In this document: positions 36,461 through 46,180 of the stretch, piece after piece
How the letters are laid out: each line of letters opens with the position of its first letter
Position numbering within the stretch: the first letter of the stretch is position 1
From: a virus
Strand: one strand, 5' to 3'
DNA length: 64,000 bases
Virus record (IMG/VR): IMGVR_UViG_3300044712_000499
Location: 15,490 to 79,489 of that record
Program-made: the position numbers and the translations under genes
Notes under the pieces: generated by a model
Told to the model about the DNA's origin: nothing
Databases searched by the model: none
What the model saw: only the letters and a program-made list of their open reading frames with translations

Positions 36461-36805
36461 ATGAAAAATATAGTGACCACCAAAGATGAGATTAAGCATG
36501 TAAGGGCTTTACTCGACCATAGCGAAAGATGGTATGTTGAACCTACTGCACCCGAAATAGATGAACTCAAAGAACTCGCAGAAAAAGCTCGTGAGTACGC
36601 ACAGGAGAGGCTAAGAAAAATCTCTTCAGGTAATTTATATCAGAGGTATCTTATTTGGGAGAAGTCTGATCCTATTGACACCGGCAAAAGCCATTATCAT
36701 TCTTTTCTTGATGATGTAGTCTGGAATATGGGATTAGAGTCTTTACGAGGCACTGAGAGAAATCTGTTTGAAGAGAATTGTGTTTTAGAACTTAGATGGT
36801 TATGA
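36461..36805 (+). CDS. Hypothetical protein
   Basis: 114-aa ORF. Confidence 0.6.
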   Translation: MKNIVTTKDEIKHVRALLDHSERWYVEPTAPEIDELKELAEKAREYAQERLRKISSGNLYQRYLIWEKSDPIDTGKSHYHSFLDDVVWNMGLESLRGTERNLFEENCVLELRWL

Positions 36806-37188
36806 ACATCCTAAATGATAAATATGATGTTGTCTCAGCTTCTAGTACAGAGATTGAACAAGTACAGCAAGAGCAAACTGAATATGTATTGCTTGGGAGT
36901 TTCTTACGCACGAAGGGACTAAACATTTATTATTATGATCCTCACAGTGGAAGAGTGGCAGAAGCATCTATTAAGTATAGTGATACAATTCATGTTTATC
37001 TTGTAGACGGTAAGTTTATTACTATAGATTGGGAAGCACAGCGATGCACAGTTGAAGGAAGGTTCATTTACTTTGAGGCCCTCAATCTAAAGAGTGCAAC
37101 AGAACGGGTTAGGCGATTTAAGGAAGGCAGAATAAAAGACCTTGCTAACTTAAAAGCACCAAATCCAAATGGAATTAAATTCTTTTAA
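36796..37188 (+). CDS. Hypothetical protein
   Basis: 130-aa coupled ORF. Confidence 0.6.
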   Translation: MVMNILNDKYDVVSASSTEIEQVQQEQTEYVLLGSFLRTKGLNIYYYDPHSGRVAEASIKYSDTIHVYLVDGKFITIDWEAQRCTVEGRFIYFEALNLKSATERVRRFKEGRIKDLANLKAPNPNGIKFF

Positions 37189-37423
37189 ACCTACTAAAGC
37201 TATGAAAAAATTTATCAAATCAATCCTTTGCGGGTTCGTGCTATGGTTCTTACTACTTATAACTATTCTTATTATAGCTCTATCAGGAAATATAGTACTA
37301 GTATTTAAGATAATAGGAGTAATAGGGTATATCTTTGGTGCGATTGTCGGACTTTGGGCTATCGGACTATTAATACACAGTGGAATCTTTCTTTATAAGT
37401 ACAATAAAAACAAGAAATCATGA
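37169..37423 (+). CDS. 2-TM membrane protein
   Basis: Two long hydrophobic helices; start probably at MKKFIK. Confidence 0.6.
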   Translation: MELNSFKPTKAMKKFIKSILCGFVLWFLLLITILIIALSGNIVLVFKIIGVIGYIFGAIVGLWAIGLLIHSGIFLYKYNKNKKS

Positions 37424-37785
37424 AAGCAAATGAATTGAGAATGGGGAATTTTGTTGAAGGAGAACAGGGCTATGTTTATCCATGGGAGTTAAGTGATTTT
37501 TATGACTGTTATAATGATCATAATTCTCATGAATATGTGAATAGTGTGAAACCAATCTTATTAACCGAAGAATGGTTGCTGAAGTTTGGATTTGAAAAAG
37601 TAAACAGGGATGTTCCGGCATACGAAAAGGAAAATCTAATAGTTGAGTGGTTATTTGAAAGATGGACTGGTAGACTTTATATGGATGTCTATAATTCAAT
37701 TCAAATTATAGAATTAAAATCGGTTCACCAACTTCAGAACCTTTACTTTGTTTTGACCGGTGAAGAACTAACAATTAGTGAATAA
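37420..37785 (+). CDS. Conserved-looking Bacteroidota-phage protein
   Basis: MKANELRMGN, KPI.LTEEWLLKFGF, VHQLQNLYF.LTGEEL. Confidence 0.72.
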   Translation: MKANELRMGNFVEGEQGYVYPWELSDFYDCYNDHNSHEYVNSVKPILLTEEWLLKFGFEKVNRDVPAYEKENLIVEWLFERWTGRLYMDVYNSIQIIELKSVHQLQNLYFVLTGEELTISE

Positions 37786-38322
37786 ATGAAAACCTGCTCT
37801 GAACCTGGATGCAATAACAAACCTTTCAATGAGTACTGCCTATATCATCAGTACAAATTACGTATGAAGGGAGGACGCTTATATAAACAAAAGCGTAAAG
37901 CTAAAGCCCCTATCCCACGAGAGAGCAGGAAACGCAAAGAAGAGAGAAAGATATACACTGAGGTATGTGACCTACTAACAGAAGAAATAAGAGCAAGTAA
38001 TGATGGTAAGGTGCATTGTTTCTTTAGCGGGCTTGAGATAACAGCCAAAAGGCCACACTACCACCATCTAAAGTCAAGAACAGGGGACTATTACACAGAT
38101 AAGGAGTGGTTGGTTCCATCCTTAGATGAATTTCATGTGGACGGGTATCACAGCAAGTCAGTTGAGTGGCTACTACAACAGAAATGGTACACCGATGTGT
38201 TTTTACCTAACCTGCTAAAGAAAGATAGAAAACTATACGATAAAGAGATAGATAAGCGTACTAAGTCAGAACCTATCAATCCCCGTAAAGGCTATACACT
38301 ATTTGAAGATGAAGATTACTAA
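37786..38322 (+). CDS. Putative HNH/NinG-like nuclease with N-terminal Cys/His knuckle
   Basis: CSEPGC...YC..H; CFFSG...HYHH...H...YH. Confidence 0.5.
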   Translation: MKTCSEPGCNNKPFNEYCLYHQYKLRMKGGRLYKQKRKAKAPIPRESRKRKEERKIYTEVCDLLTEEIRASNDGKVHCFFSGLEITAKRPHYHHLKSRTGDYYTDKEWLVPSLDEFHVDGYHSKSVEWLLQQKWYTDVFLPNLLKKDRKLYDKEIDKRTKSEPINPRKGYTLFEDEDY

Positions 38323-38386
38323 AATAAATTTGGAGAATTGATAAATAAAGCATATATTTGACAAAACAATTAAAAACAAGAGAGAA

Positions 38387-38839
38387 ATGACAAAGATTAC
38401 GAAGTACGAACCAAAGACCTATCTGGGTAAGATAACAGGCTATAGCGTGGAACTATCTGATGGGACAAAAGGCTACCTTGATGATAAGGCAAGCGACAAA
38501 GGGCTAAGACAGGGGGATGCTGTATCCTGTAGCCTGTCAGTTAAACAGAACAAAAAAGGAGAGAACTATAATCTTCTTAGCTTAAGATTGCTCTCTGACG
38601 GGCAATCATCTCCGACACCATCACCGACAACGGGTATCCACCTGCCCGAAAAGACACCTCTCTCAGTCAATTCAAAGATTGACCACAAAGTAACCGCTGC
38701 TATCAAAGCAATGGAGTTTTGTATGAGTGTTTTTAACGAAGAAAAGCAGGGTTTTGAATGGACTAATATACTAAATCGTCAGAAAGAGTGCGTTAACGTC
38801 CTCTGGTCAGAAATAGATGAGATATACAGCCAAAAGTGA
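38387..38839 (+). CDS. Possible OB-fold ssDNA-binding/recombination protein
   Basis: Beta-rich N-terminal half, Pro/Ser linker; promoter at 38353. Confidence 0.45.
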   Translation: MTKITKYEPKTYLGKITGYSVELSDGTKGYLDDKASDKGLRQGDAVSCSLSVKQNKKGENYNLLSLRLLSDGQSSPTPSPTTGIHLPEKTPLSVNSKIDHKVTAAIKAMEFCMSVFNEEKQGFEWTNILNRQKECVNVLWSEIDEIYSQK

Positions 38840-39131
38840 AATAACTGATCCTTTCTTATACAGACTCTATTGGGGTTTAATGCTAGAGGACTTGCTGACA
38901 AAGCTAAATGCTGAGATCACACCAAAGAACAAGCAAACCCTACATGAGTTTAATAAAAAGGTTTTAGGTTATACCTCTATATCAGGGCGGTCAAAAGAGT
39001 TTGTAAGCCTTTTTATTTACGAAATGACAGCATGGTGGGCAGTGGAGCAGGGAATATTCGTGAGATCAAGTGGAAATCAGCCGCCCGATATAGAGAACCG
39101 CTCTTTCCTTGAAGTTAAAGACTTATTATAA
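38817..39131 (+). CDS. NinB/Orf-like recombination accessory protein
   Basis: RLYWG, LHEF.K, S......E...FI.......A.E.GI pattern. Confidence 0.5.
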   Translation: MRYTAKSEITDPFLYRLYWGLMLEDLLTKLNAEITPKNKQTLHEFNKKVLGYTSISGRSKEFVSLFIYEMTAWWAVEQGIFVRSSGNQPPDIENRSFLEVKDLL

Positions 39132-39137
39132 AAATAG

Positions 39138-39431
39138 ATGGAAATGACAGTAACAGAATTAAGAGAGAACATTGGCAGGTTTGGAGAACTAAAGGCAGGC
39201 AACACAGGCTATAAGAAGACACTTAATGGATTCCTGAGAGACATGGACACAAGAGGCACTATTTGGTTTGTGGACAACGATGGCTTTGGTTACTCATATA
39301 AGAATACGCTTGTGGACTCCTTCACGCCAAAGGTATTTGAACCACTACCCACAGAGTATCACGGTAAAGATGTAAGATGGGTTAATGGTAAGCTCTACGC
39401 AGACGGAAAAGAAATTGACCTTAAAAAATAA
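39138..39431 (+). CDS. Hypothetical protein
   Basis: 97-aa ORF. Confidence 0.6.
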   Translation: MEMTVTELRENIGRFGELKAGNTGYKKTLNGFLRDMDTRGTIWFVDNDGFGYSYKNTLVDSFTPKVFEPLPTEYHGKDVRWVNGKLYADGKEIDLKK

Positions 39432-39602
39432 ACTACTATGAAAAGACTTCCACTTGTACTTGCTACTATGATTATGGTATTTTTAGCCGGACTTGCTGCA
39501 ATACCGCTATTCTTATTATGGTTACTTGGGGCAAACAAACCATTTAAGAACTTTTGTAACACAATGAATGAAATTGTATTTGATAAAATTTAAAATAAAA
39601 CT

Positions 39603-39818
39603 ATGAAAAGAAATGAATTCTTACTCGACAAACTGCCTAAGTTCGGTGATGGTAAAGTCACCATAGGCAAGACAAGCTATGAATTAAGGATGGTCCAGGA
39701 TGGTAACTGTGGCGGGATACTCACCGTATGGGAGAACGGCCTCGCTAAAGATCAAATCTGCTTAAGCCTTATGGATATGAAGGGTATATACTTACTGCTT
39801 TCAAGTAAATCAGAATGA
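39603..39818 (+). CDS. Hypothetical protein
   Basis: 71-aa ORF. Confidence 0.55.
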   Translation: MKRNEFLLDKLPKFGDGKVTIGKTSYELRMVQDGNCGGILTVWENGLAKDQICLSLMDMKGIYLLLSSKSE

Positions 39819-40228
39819 CAGTAGCAGAGAAAAAAGAGATAGACTCTATCAAAGCACAGTTAAATGCTATTCTTGGTAAGATAGAGAGCTTTGGGGCGAC
39901 ACGACCTATGCCTACCCTTATCATCAAGAAAGAAGACCGCATAAGATATGTTATTGATTCTATCTGTGATTTCTATGGCGTGGATCAGCAGACCCTTGTC
40001 AGACGCTATCGGAATACGAGGTACGCATCACGAAAAAAACTTACCGTAAAGCTACTAAGGGATGTTGCAGACATTACCTATAAGGATATGGCAGATACAA
40101 TAGGAATGAGTCAGGAGGCATCACAGATGACCTATAGTGAAGTATCAGAAAACCTCGCAGAGAATACCTACGGGAATAAAGAACTTAAACAAGAGTATAA
40201 AGAACTACTTAAATATTTGGGCGTATGA
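39815..40228 (+). CDS. DnaA C-terminal (domain IV)-like HTH protein
   Basis: VIDSICDFYGV...L....R......RK.....L.R......Y..MA..IG pattern. Confidence 0.65.
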   Translation: MTVAEKKEIDSIKAQLNAILGKIESFGATRPMPTLIIKKEDRIRYVIDSICDFYGVDQQTLVRRYRNTRYASRKKLTVKLLRDVADITYKDMADTIGMSQEASQMTYSEVSENLAENTYGNKELKQEYKELLKYLGV

Positions 40229-40731
40229 GAACGATAATTGGAATTGATAATGGAGTGACGGGCAGTCTTGGTATCTTAACCATCAATGGATCGGATGTCC
40301 GTTCTGCCTTTAGTCCTACCCCTGTTATTAAAGTTAGGGACTATACTCAGGAAGTTCAGTATTTCCATAGAATTGATTGGAGGGCACTTATTGAAATCAT
40401 ACCTAAAGACGCACTCGTTTTTATAGAGAGACCTATGGTTAATCCTAAACGATTTATTGCTACCAAAAGCGCATTAAGGGCATGGGAGGCAACCTTAATT
40501 GTCTTTGAGATGCTAGATATTCAATATACTTTAATTGATAGTAAGAGATGGCAGAAAGAGTTTATCTCAAGTGGCATTATAGGCTCTGATAAGATGAAAG
40601 AAGCAAGTCTCGAAATAGGAATTAAACTTTTCCCAAACAATGAATCATTTATTAGAAAGCACGGAGACGCTGACGGACTGCTCATTGCTGAGTATGCCCG
40701 CAGGAAATTCGTTGAAGAAATATGTTCTTAG
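40225..40731 (+). CDS. RuvC-like Holliday junction resolvase
   Basis: IIGIDNG.TG, FIERP, WQK, DADGLLIA. Confidence 0.78.
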   Translation: MRTIIGIDNGVTGSLGILTINGSDVRSAFSPTPVIKVRDYTQEVQYFHRIDWRALIEIIPKDALVFIERPMVNPKRFIATKSALRAWEATLIVFEMLDIQYTLIDSKRWQKEFISSGIIGSDKMKEASLEIGIKLFPNNESFIRKHGDADGLLIAEYARRKFVEEICS

Positions 40732-41887
40732 GGAGTACCAGGAACAAGCCGTTAGTGCTGCCAAAAGGTATCTTCTTGACAAGAACGCCAAGAAGCCTGT
40801 CCTTATCGTCATGCCCACAGGATCAGGCAAGAGCTTAATAATTTCATCTATTGCAGAACAGATAGACGCACCACTTATTGTGTTTCAGCCTACCAAAGAG
40901 ATTCTTGAACAGAACTACCATAAGATGATGGACTATGGGATTATGGGAGTAACTATCTACTCAGCATCTATGAATAGAAAAGAGATAGGGAATATCACAC
41001 TTGCTACTATAGGTTCTGTGTATAAGAAACCCGAAGACTTTAAGCACTTCAAGTATATCATCATGGATGAAGCTCACCTCTGTAATGCAAAAGGGGGTAT
41101 GTATAAGGATTTCTTTAGCGTGGTCGGGAGTAAACTGATAGGATTAACCGCTACCCCTTATAGATTAGCCCACAATAGTTTTGGTAGCACACTAAGATTC
41201 TTAACACGTACTAATCCAAGAGTGTTTAGTAAGGTTATTCATGTCACCCAGACAAGAGACTTGTCACAATTAGGTTACTTCTGTAAGACTGAATACTATC
41301 AGATAAAAGGATTTAATCGTAGTGAGATTAAGTTGAACTCTACGGGGGCTGACTATCAGGAAGAATCAGAGAAAGCATATTACACCAAGCATGAGTTTAA
41401 TAAGTCAGTGCTTGACGTGGTACGTAGGTTACTTAAAGCAGGCAAGACTAGAATACTTGTATTTACTAAGTTTGTTAGCGAGGCACAGACGCTAGCCGAA
41501 GACTTAGGTGATATAGCGGCAATGGTTAATGGAGAGATGAAAGCTAAAGAAAGAGATGCTATCATTAAAGGCTTTCGTTCCGGTGCTATTAAGGTGGTGG
41601 CTAACGTGGGCGTTCTCACTGTAGGGTTTGACTACCCCGAACTAGAGTGTGTGCTTATCGCCAGACCAACAAGATCACTTACTTTATACTATCAGATGAT
41701 GGGTCGTGCCGTAAGACCTCATCCTAACAAAGAGAGTGCTTGGGTCATTGATATGTGTGGTAACTACGAGATATTTGGCAAGATGGAAGACATGAGACTT
41801 GTTGAATACAACGACAACCTATGGACAGTAGTTTCTAACGGGAGAAAACTGACCAATGTTTATCTTGATGAAATAATGAAAGACTAG
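40640..41887 (+). CDS. Superfamily 2 DEAD/DEAH helicase (RadD/UvsW-like)
   Basis: LREYQ, MPTGSGKS, DEAH, TAT, VLTVGFD, QMMGRAVR. Exact start uncertain. Confidence 0.9.
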   Translation: MNHLLESTETLTDCSLLSMPAGNSLKKYVLREYQEQAVSAAKRYLLDKNAKKPVLIVMPTGSGKSLIISSIAEQIDAPLIVFQPTKEILEQNYHKMMDYGIMGVTIYSASMNRKEIGNITLATIGSVYKKPEDFKHFKYIIMDEAHLCNAKGGMYKDFFSVVGSKLIGLTATPYRLAHNSFGSTLRFLTRTNPRVFSKVIHVTQTRDLSQLGYFCKTEYYQIKGFNRSEIKLNSTGADYQEESEKAYYTKHEFNKSVLDVVRRLLKAGKTRILVFTKFVSEAQTLAEDLGDIAAMVNGEMKAKERDAIIKGFRSGAIKVVANVGVLTVGFDYPELECVLIARPTRSLTLYYQMMGRAVRPHPNKESAWVIDMCGNYEIFGKMEDMRLVEYNDNLWTVVSNGRKLTNVYLDEIMKD

Positions 41888-41891
41888 GTTT

Positions 41892-42290
41892 ATGAGACTC
41901 GCCTCCAAAGATAAAGAGCATATACGCTACATAAGACACTTATTCTTACAAGGAAAGTGGATAGCAATGTGTAATGAGATATGGTACTATGGCGAGTTTG
42001 ACTTTGCATACGATTTCTTACGTCATGTCCAATATAAGTACAAAAATGAACATTACGCAAGTTCAATGTACAGAGAATTGATAGATATTTACTTTAGCGG
42101 GCAATATAATCCCAATCTAATGAATCCAAGTGAGGGAAAGCCACGCAAAGACCGATGGATGGAGTTCTATATGGGGAATAATGAGGGAATAAGTGAGGGA
42201 TTAAATGAGGGAATAAAATCAACATCAAAGATAAAAACAAAGAATATCTCAAAAAAGTTGCAGAAAATTTTGGAAAAGAATAATATTTAA
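41892..42290 (+). CDS. Hypothetical protein with short C-terminal EG repeats
   Basis: 12-bp tandem units (A/G)TGAGGGA(A/T)TAA x3 at 42181-42216. Confidence 0.55.
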   Translation: MRLASKDKEHIRYIRHLFLQGKWIAMCNEIWYYGEFDFAYDFLRHVQYKYKNEHYASSMYRELIDIYFSGQYNPNLMNPSEGKPRKDRWMEFYMGNNEGISEGLNEGIKSTSKIKTKNISKKLQKILEKNNI

Positions 42291-42308
42291 CCGATATTTG
42301 AATAAAAA

Positions 42309-43283
42309 ATGGTAGCACGAATATCCACACCGAGAAAGCCAAGTAAAAAATTGGCTAAGATACTTGCAGCGCAAAGCAAAGAGTTAGCAACAGGTATTAC
42401 AAGTGAACAACTGTCAGCAATGTTCTTTGATGCAACAGTACTTAAGTATCAACCAGAACCTCTTTATAGGTTAGACTCTAGCGGGCACAGATATTACTAT
42501 CGCTATGGAGAAGACGGTAATCCATTATTCTACACATCCGTTACTACTCTGATTAAGGCTACACTGCCTACAAGTCCTCATCTCATTAAATGGCTGATAG
42601 ACAAAGGTGGTGAGAGTGGTAAGGAAGAGGCTATGGAAAGGGCAAGTTACGGCACGTTCCTCCATATTCAATGCGGAGAACTACTGATGACGGGCAAATA
42701 CGACCTTGATAAACTACAAGAGAAACTTGCACTGTTCTTGATTGGAGAGAAGGTGCCGTCAAGAGATGAATGGATAGACGAACTTAAAAAGGATGTTCTT
42801 GCCTTTGCTCAGTTTATCATAGACAGGAATGTTAAACCCATAGCAGTAGAGATTGTTCTTTATCATCCAATGGATATGTACGCAGGGGCGATTGACTTAG
42901 TTTGTGAGATTGATTGGAACAAGAAAAGAGTACCTTGCATTATTGATATAAAGTCAGGACGTAAGGGGTTCTATGAGAGTTCAGAGATACAACTTGGTGC
43001 TTATCGGGATATGTGGAATTTACATTTTCAAGACTATCCTATTTACAACATTTTTAATTGGAGTCCCAAAGCATGGGCTAAGTCCCCCACCTACAATTTG
43101 AAAGACCAATCGGATAGCAAGAACCTCGCAAAGTTACCGTACCTAGTGAGTCTAAGTAAGATTGAAGCCGACAAAAGACTCGATAGCGTAACTATCACTA
43201 AAGGAAGGATAGACCTCGCTAAAGGACTTAGTGACAATATTGAAGAAGTATCATACACCGAACTAATAAAGAGAAACAAATGA
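42309..43283 (+). CDS. PD-(D/E)XK (RecB/Cas4-like) exonuclease
   Basis: YTSVTT, G.FLH, YAGAID, IIDIKSG, QL.AY. Confidence 0.8.
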   Translation: MVARISTPRKPSKKLAKILAAQSKELATGITSEQLSAMFFDATVLKYQPEPLYRLDSSGHRYYYRYGEDGNPLFYTSVTTLIKATLPTSPHLIKWLIDKGGESGKEEAMERASYGTFLHIQCGELLMTGKYDLDKLQEKLALFLIGEKVPSRDEWIDELKKDVLAFAQFIIDRNVKPIAVEIVLYHPMDMYAGAIDLVCEIDWNKKRVPCIIDIKSGRKGFYESSEIQLGAYRDMWNLHFQDYPIYNIFNWSPKAWAKSPTYNLKDQSDSKNLAKLPYLVSLSKIEADKRLDSVTITKGRIDLAKGLSDNIEEVSYTELIKRNK

Positions 43284-43597
43284 AACCACTAGAGCAAACC
43301 TTTACTAAAAACGGTATAGACTACGATACTGTAAGAAGAACAGAGAGAGTAGTACTTCTTAGATTATTCCTTGATGGTACTTTGGTGGGCTATGAGGTAT
43401 CCCGTATATATCAGAATCCTGAGAGAACTATGGCGGGTCATGTCATCCAACCCACAGAGAGTATATCCGGCAATGAGCAGTTCGGTGGTGACGGCAGTAA
43501 AGCCTTCTTCCCTGACCATTTCAGTAGGGCAGAGGACTATTTCTTAGAACTCAATGCTGAGTTAGATGTAAAAGAGGCTGAGAAGGCTGAAATTTAG
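43280..43597 (+). CDS. Hypothetical protein
   Basis: 105-aa coupled ORF. Confidence 0.6.
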   Translation: MKPLEQTFTKNGIDYDTVRRTERVVLLRLFLDGTLVGYEVSRIYQNPERTMAGHVIQPTESISGNEQFGGDGSKAFFPDHFSRAEDYFLELNAELDVKEAEKAEI

Positions 43598-43684
43598 TTA
43601 GCAGAATGGTAAATTAGCCACGATCTCTGCTTAAACGATAGTAGATACCGCTTTGTATAATAAGGGCTTAAAAACGCAATTTCA

Positions 43685-44257
43685 ATGAATAGCCTGCAAA
43701 CAGACGACAACGACTTCAAGTTCTACATCTCGCTAGACGATGCGAAGGCTGATGGGTGGAGTCCTGTTCCTGTAAGAAATCTCTTGCAGTTCTTTACTAT
43801 GGAGAGTCGCAAGACAACCATGACCAAAGAGAACCTAGTCCCCCTGCATGATCAGCCATACGTAGTCCTTGGAACCGACCAAAGATATTACCTTAAGACA
43901 TACCGTAATTACAATGTAGATACACTATACTTTTACTTCCAAGACAAGATAAGCCCTGTAGACGAGGCTATAGAGCAACTAAGAAGCTACGTTTTGGATG
44001 AGAAAGTGTGGATTCTGTTCGACAAGACACAGGTGGACGACATGAAGAAGATGCTCGAAAGAGTATTCAAGAGTAAGATTTCAGGAGAGGGCACGCTAAC
44101 GTATAAATCGTTTATAGACATACTAGATTTAGAGATAAGACTTCAGGACTATAGGCGGATTGGAAGTAACCTCCCAGGAAGTAGAACGGTGGTCAACCAA
44201 TTTGATTTGGCTATCGCCGACCAATGGAGAAAAGTTTACGAGAAAAACATTAAGTGA
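43685..44257 (+). CDS. Hypothetical protein
   Basis: 190-aa ORF. Confidence 0.65.
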   Translation: MNSLQTDDNDFKFYISLDDAKADGWSPVPVRNLLQFFTMESRKTTMTKENLVPLHDQPYVVLGTDQRYYLKTYRNYNVDTLYFYFQDKISPVDEAIEQLRSYVLDEKVWILFDKTQVDDMKKMLERVFKSKISGEGTLTYKSFIDILDLEIRLQDYRRIGSNLPGSRTVVNQFDLAIADQWRKVYEKNIK

Positions 44258-44505
44258 TGGACTGCGACACCATAGTAAACATACGCATAGTAGTCAGATG
44301 GTTTCTTGTGGCTTTGTCTGTTAGCTCTATTACTTTTATATTCTACTATCTTTCCTGCTGTTTTAGTAAGAAGAAGTGGTGTAGGATAGCTTTGGTGGGC
44401 ATACTACTAGCAATCTCTGTTACGGTGTATGTGATGACGCATAGACCCGCTAAAGTTGTACAAATGAGAGAAGATGTACTTTATATAAAACCAAGCGATG
44501 AGTAA
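44254..44505 (+). CDS. 2-TM membrane protein
   Basis: Two hydrophobic helices. Confidence 0.6.
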   Translation: MMDCDTIVNIRIVVRWFLVALSVSSITFIFYYLSCCFSKKKWCRIALVGILLAISVTVYVMTHRPAKVVQMREDVLYIKPSDE

Positions 44506-44797
44506 GTTCTTACGTAGTCTAACCGATGGTTCATTGCGTTGCCGTTACTGCGGAGATAAGGTATGTAACTGTATGGAGGATGGTATCACAACAGTTAATT
44601 TTATTGCTATTTGGAAATATGGGGATAAGGGTACTTCCATGTGCGTCCAGTTAGCAAAGCAAAAACTCCCTAATGGTAAGAAAATACCTAGCGGTCATAA
44701 GCTATGGATACCACTAAGTGTCATTCATGGATGCGATGACAATCTTAAAAAGATGGGTATAGATAATAGTTATCTGAATAAACTCAGATTTGATTAG
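44498..44797 (+). CDS. Hypothetical protein
   Basis: CxxC...C.C N-terminus. Confidence 0.55.
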   Translation: MSKFLRSLTDGSLRCRYCGDKVCNCMEDGITTVNFIAIWKYGDKGTSMCVQLAKQKLPNGKKIPSGHKLWIPLSVIHGCDDNLKKMGIDNSYLNKLRFD

Positions 44798-44820
44798 TAT
44801 AAATTTAAAACATTAAAAAC

Positions 44821-45054
44821 ATGGTAAGAGCTAAGTTTTTTGTAATGAGCAACACTCCTAATGGAATGACGGATGATAACTACAGGGGAAATGCTATTAA
44901 TTTAAATGCCGTCTATTCTGGTAGTCCTGAAAATGAGGCATTCTTTAAAATGACTCCTGGTGGAACCATACAACTCGTAACAGTTAATCCTAATGCGGCA
45001 GAACAATTTGAAGTAGGAAAAGAGTATTACGTTGATTTCACCAAGACTGAGTGA
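44821..45054 (+). CDS. Conserved-looking phage hypothetical protein
   Basis: VRAKF, EN..FFK.TP.G.I.L...NP.A...FE.GKEYY.DFT. Confidence 0.72.
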   Translation: MVRAKFFVMSNTPNGMTDDNYRGNAINLNAVYSGSPENEAFFKMTPGGTIQLVTVNPNAAEQFEVGKEYYVDFTKTE

Positions 45055-45092
45055 TACTAAAGCGATTTAACGAAAATTGATTACCTTTGCAT

Positions 45093-45455
45093 CTGTTATT
45101 GATAGGTAATGCGAAGGACTCAAAAACAAATTAGACTTAATGCCCCGCTAAAGGGATACTGTAATAATCCAATTCGCATTGCCTATTCAGTAGCCCAAGG
45201 CGGGGTTTCTTATAACTTATTCTTCCCCATTGCTGATTATATCGAGCAGAAACAAAGCAAAGTACAGTTTGTAGTATTGAATGAGATAAGTAAATCTGTG
45301 CAACGTCCGTGCGACCTGACGACATAGTGGGTTATGTCCTGTAAAGGATAATTCAACATTCAACCATTGAACCTAATGGGTGGTACTAACAAGCTGAGTG
45401 CAAAAAGAGGCAACCAAGGGAAGATAACCCTATAGAGGTCGCCTTGCACTTTACT
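45093..45455 (+). ncRNA. Candidate large structured non-coding RNA (~360 nt)
   Basis: Begins right after TACCTTTG (45082-89); 14-bp stem 45102-45115/45173-45186 with a G-U pair; several more hairpins; 3' long hairpin AGTGCAA...TTGCACT. Confidence 0.45.
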
Positions 45456-45485
45456 GAACTTTGACTATCTTTGTGGAAATGATTC

Positions 45486-46124
45486 TTGATGCTTGAACTC
45501 ATAAATAAAACAGGAAGTAATTCAAAGTTAGGTTATGCCGTAGTCCTTTCGCCTGACGACAACCAATCCTTTATCTATGCGCCACTAGGCAGTACTCGTG
45601 TTCTAGGAATAGTTACCCAATCAGTCGGGTACAGGCAGAAGTGCAAGATAGCCACCCAAGGAGAGAAAGCCCAAGTCTATATATCAGCAAACGCCGTAAA
45701 GGATAATATAATACGTCTATCTAAATCTACAGATAGGATTAGCTTTGGTGCGTCCACAGTAGCTAAGACAGCCGATGAACCATATCTAAGAATAGGTACT
45801 GCTCTTAACTCAGGTAGAGGACTAATAGAGTGTATACTCGAATTAGTTTATGTAGGCTCTAGCGGGACTAACACTCTAGGGGAAGAGTTTGAAACGGTAA
45901 GTAAAAACCTCAAGAGCTATCCTTATGACTTAACCTATGGAGTAGATGGTATAGATACAATAGTTTATGACCTTGGCGGGGGGCTAAGCATAACCAAGAC
46001 CTTCAACTACACACTTAGTGTTTTAACGAGCATAGTCCTATCAGGGGACACGCCATCGGGCATAGACCTTACCAAGACTCTTATCTATACTGGTGCAGAC
46101 CTGACAAGCGTTACTTATTCGTAA
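45486..46124 (+). CDS. Putative virion/tail-associated protein
   Basis: Beta-rich; GEEFETVSKNLKSY...TKTL.Y C-terminal module; promoter at 45466. Confidence 0.55.
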   Translation: MMLELINKTGSNSKLGYAVVLSPDDNQSFIYAPLGSTRVLGIVTQSVGYRQKCKIATQGEKAQVYISANAVKDNIIRLSKSTDRISFGASTVAKTADEPYLRIGTALNSGRGLIECILELVYVGSSGTNTLGEEFETVSKNLKSYPYDLTYGVDGIDTIVYDLGGGLSITKTFNYTLSVLTSIVLSGDTPSGIDLTKTLIYTGADLTSVTYS

Positions 46125-46180
46125 AATCCACTCTTATTTTTTATGGCTATCTTTGCGTTGAATATTAAAACGTAAAAGAT

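Noticed and set aside
45109-45327. 72-aa plus and 62-aa minus ORFs
   Set aside because: No recognisable motifs, mutually overlapping, and better explained by RNA structure.
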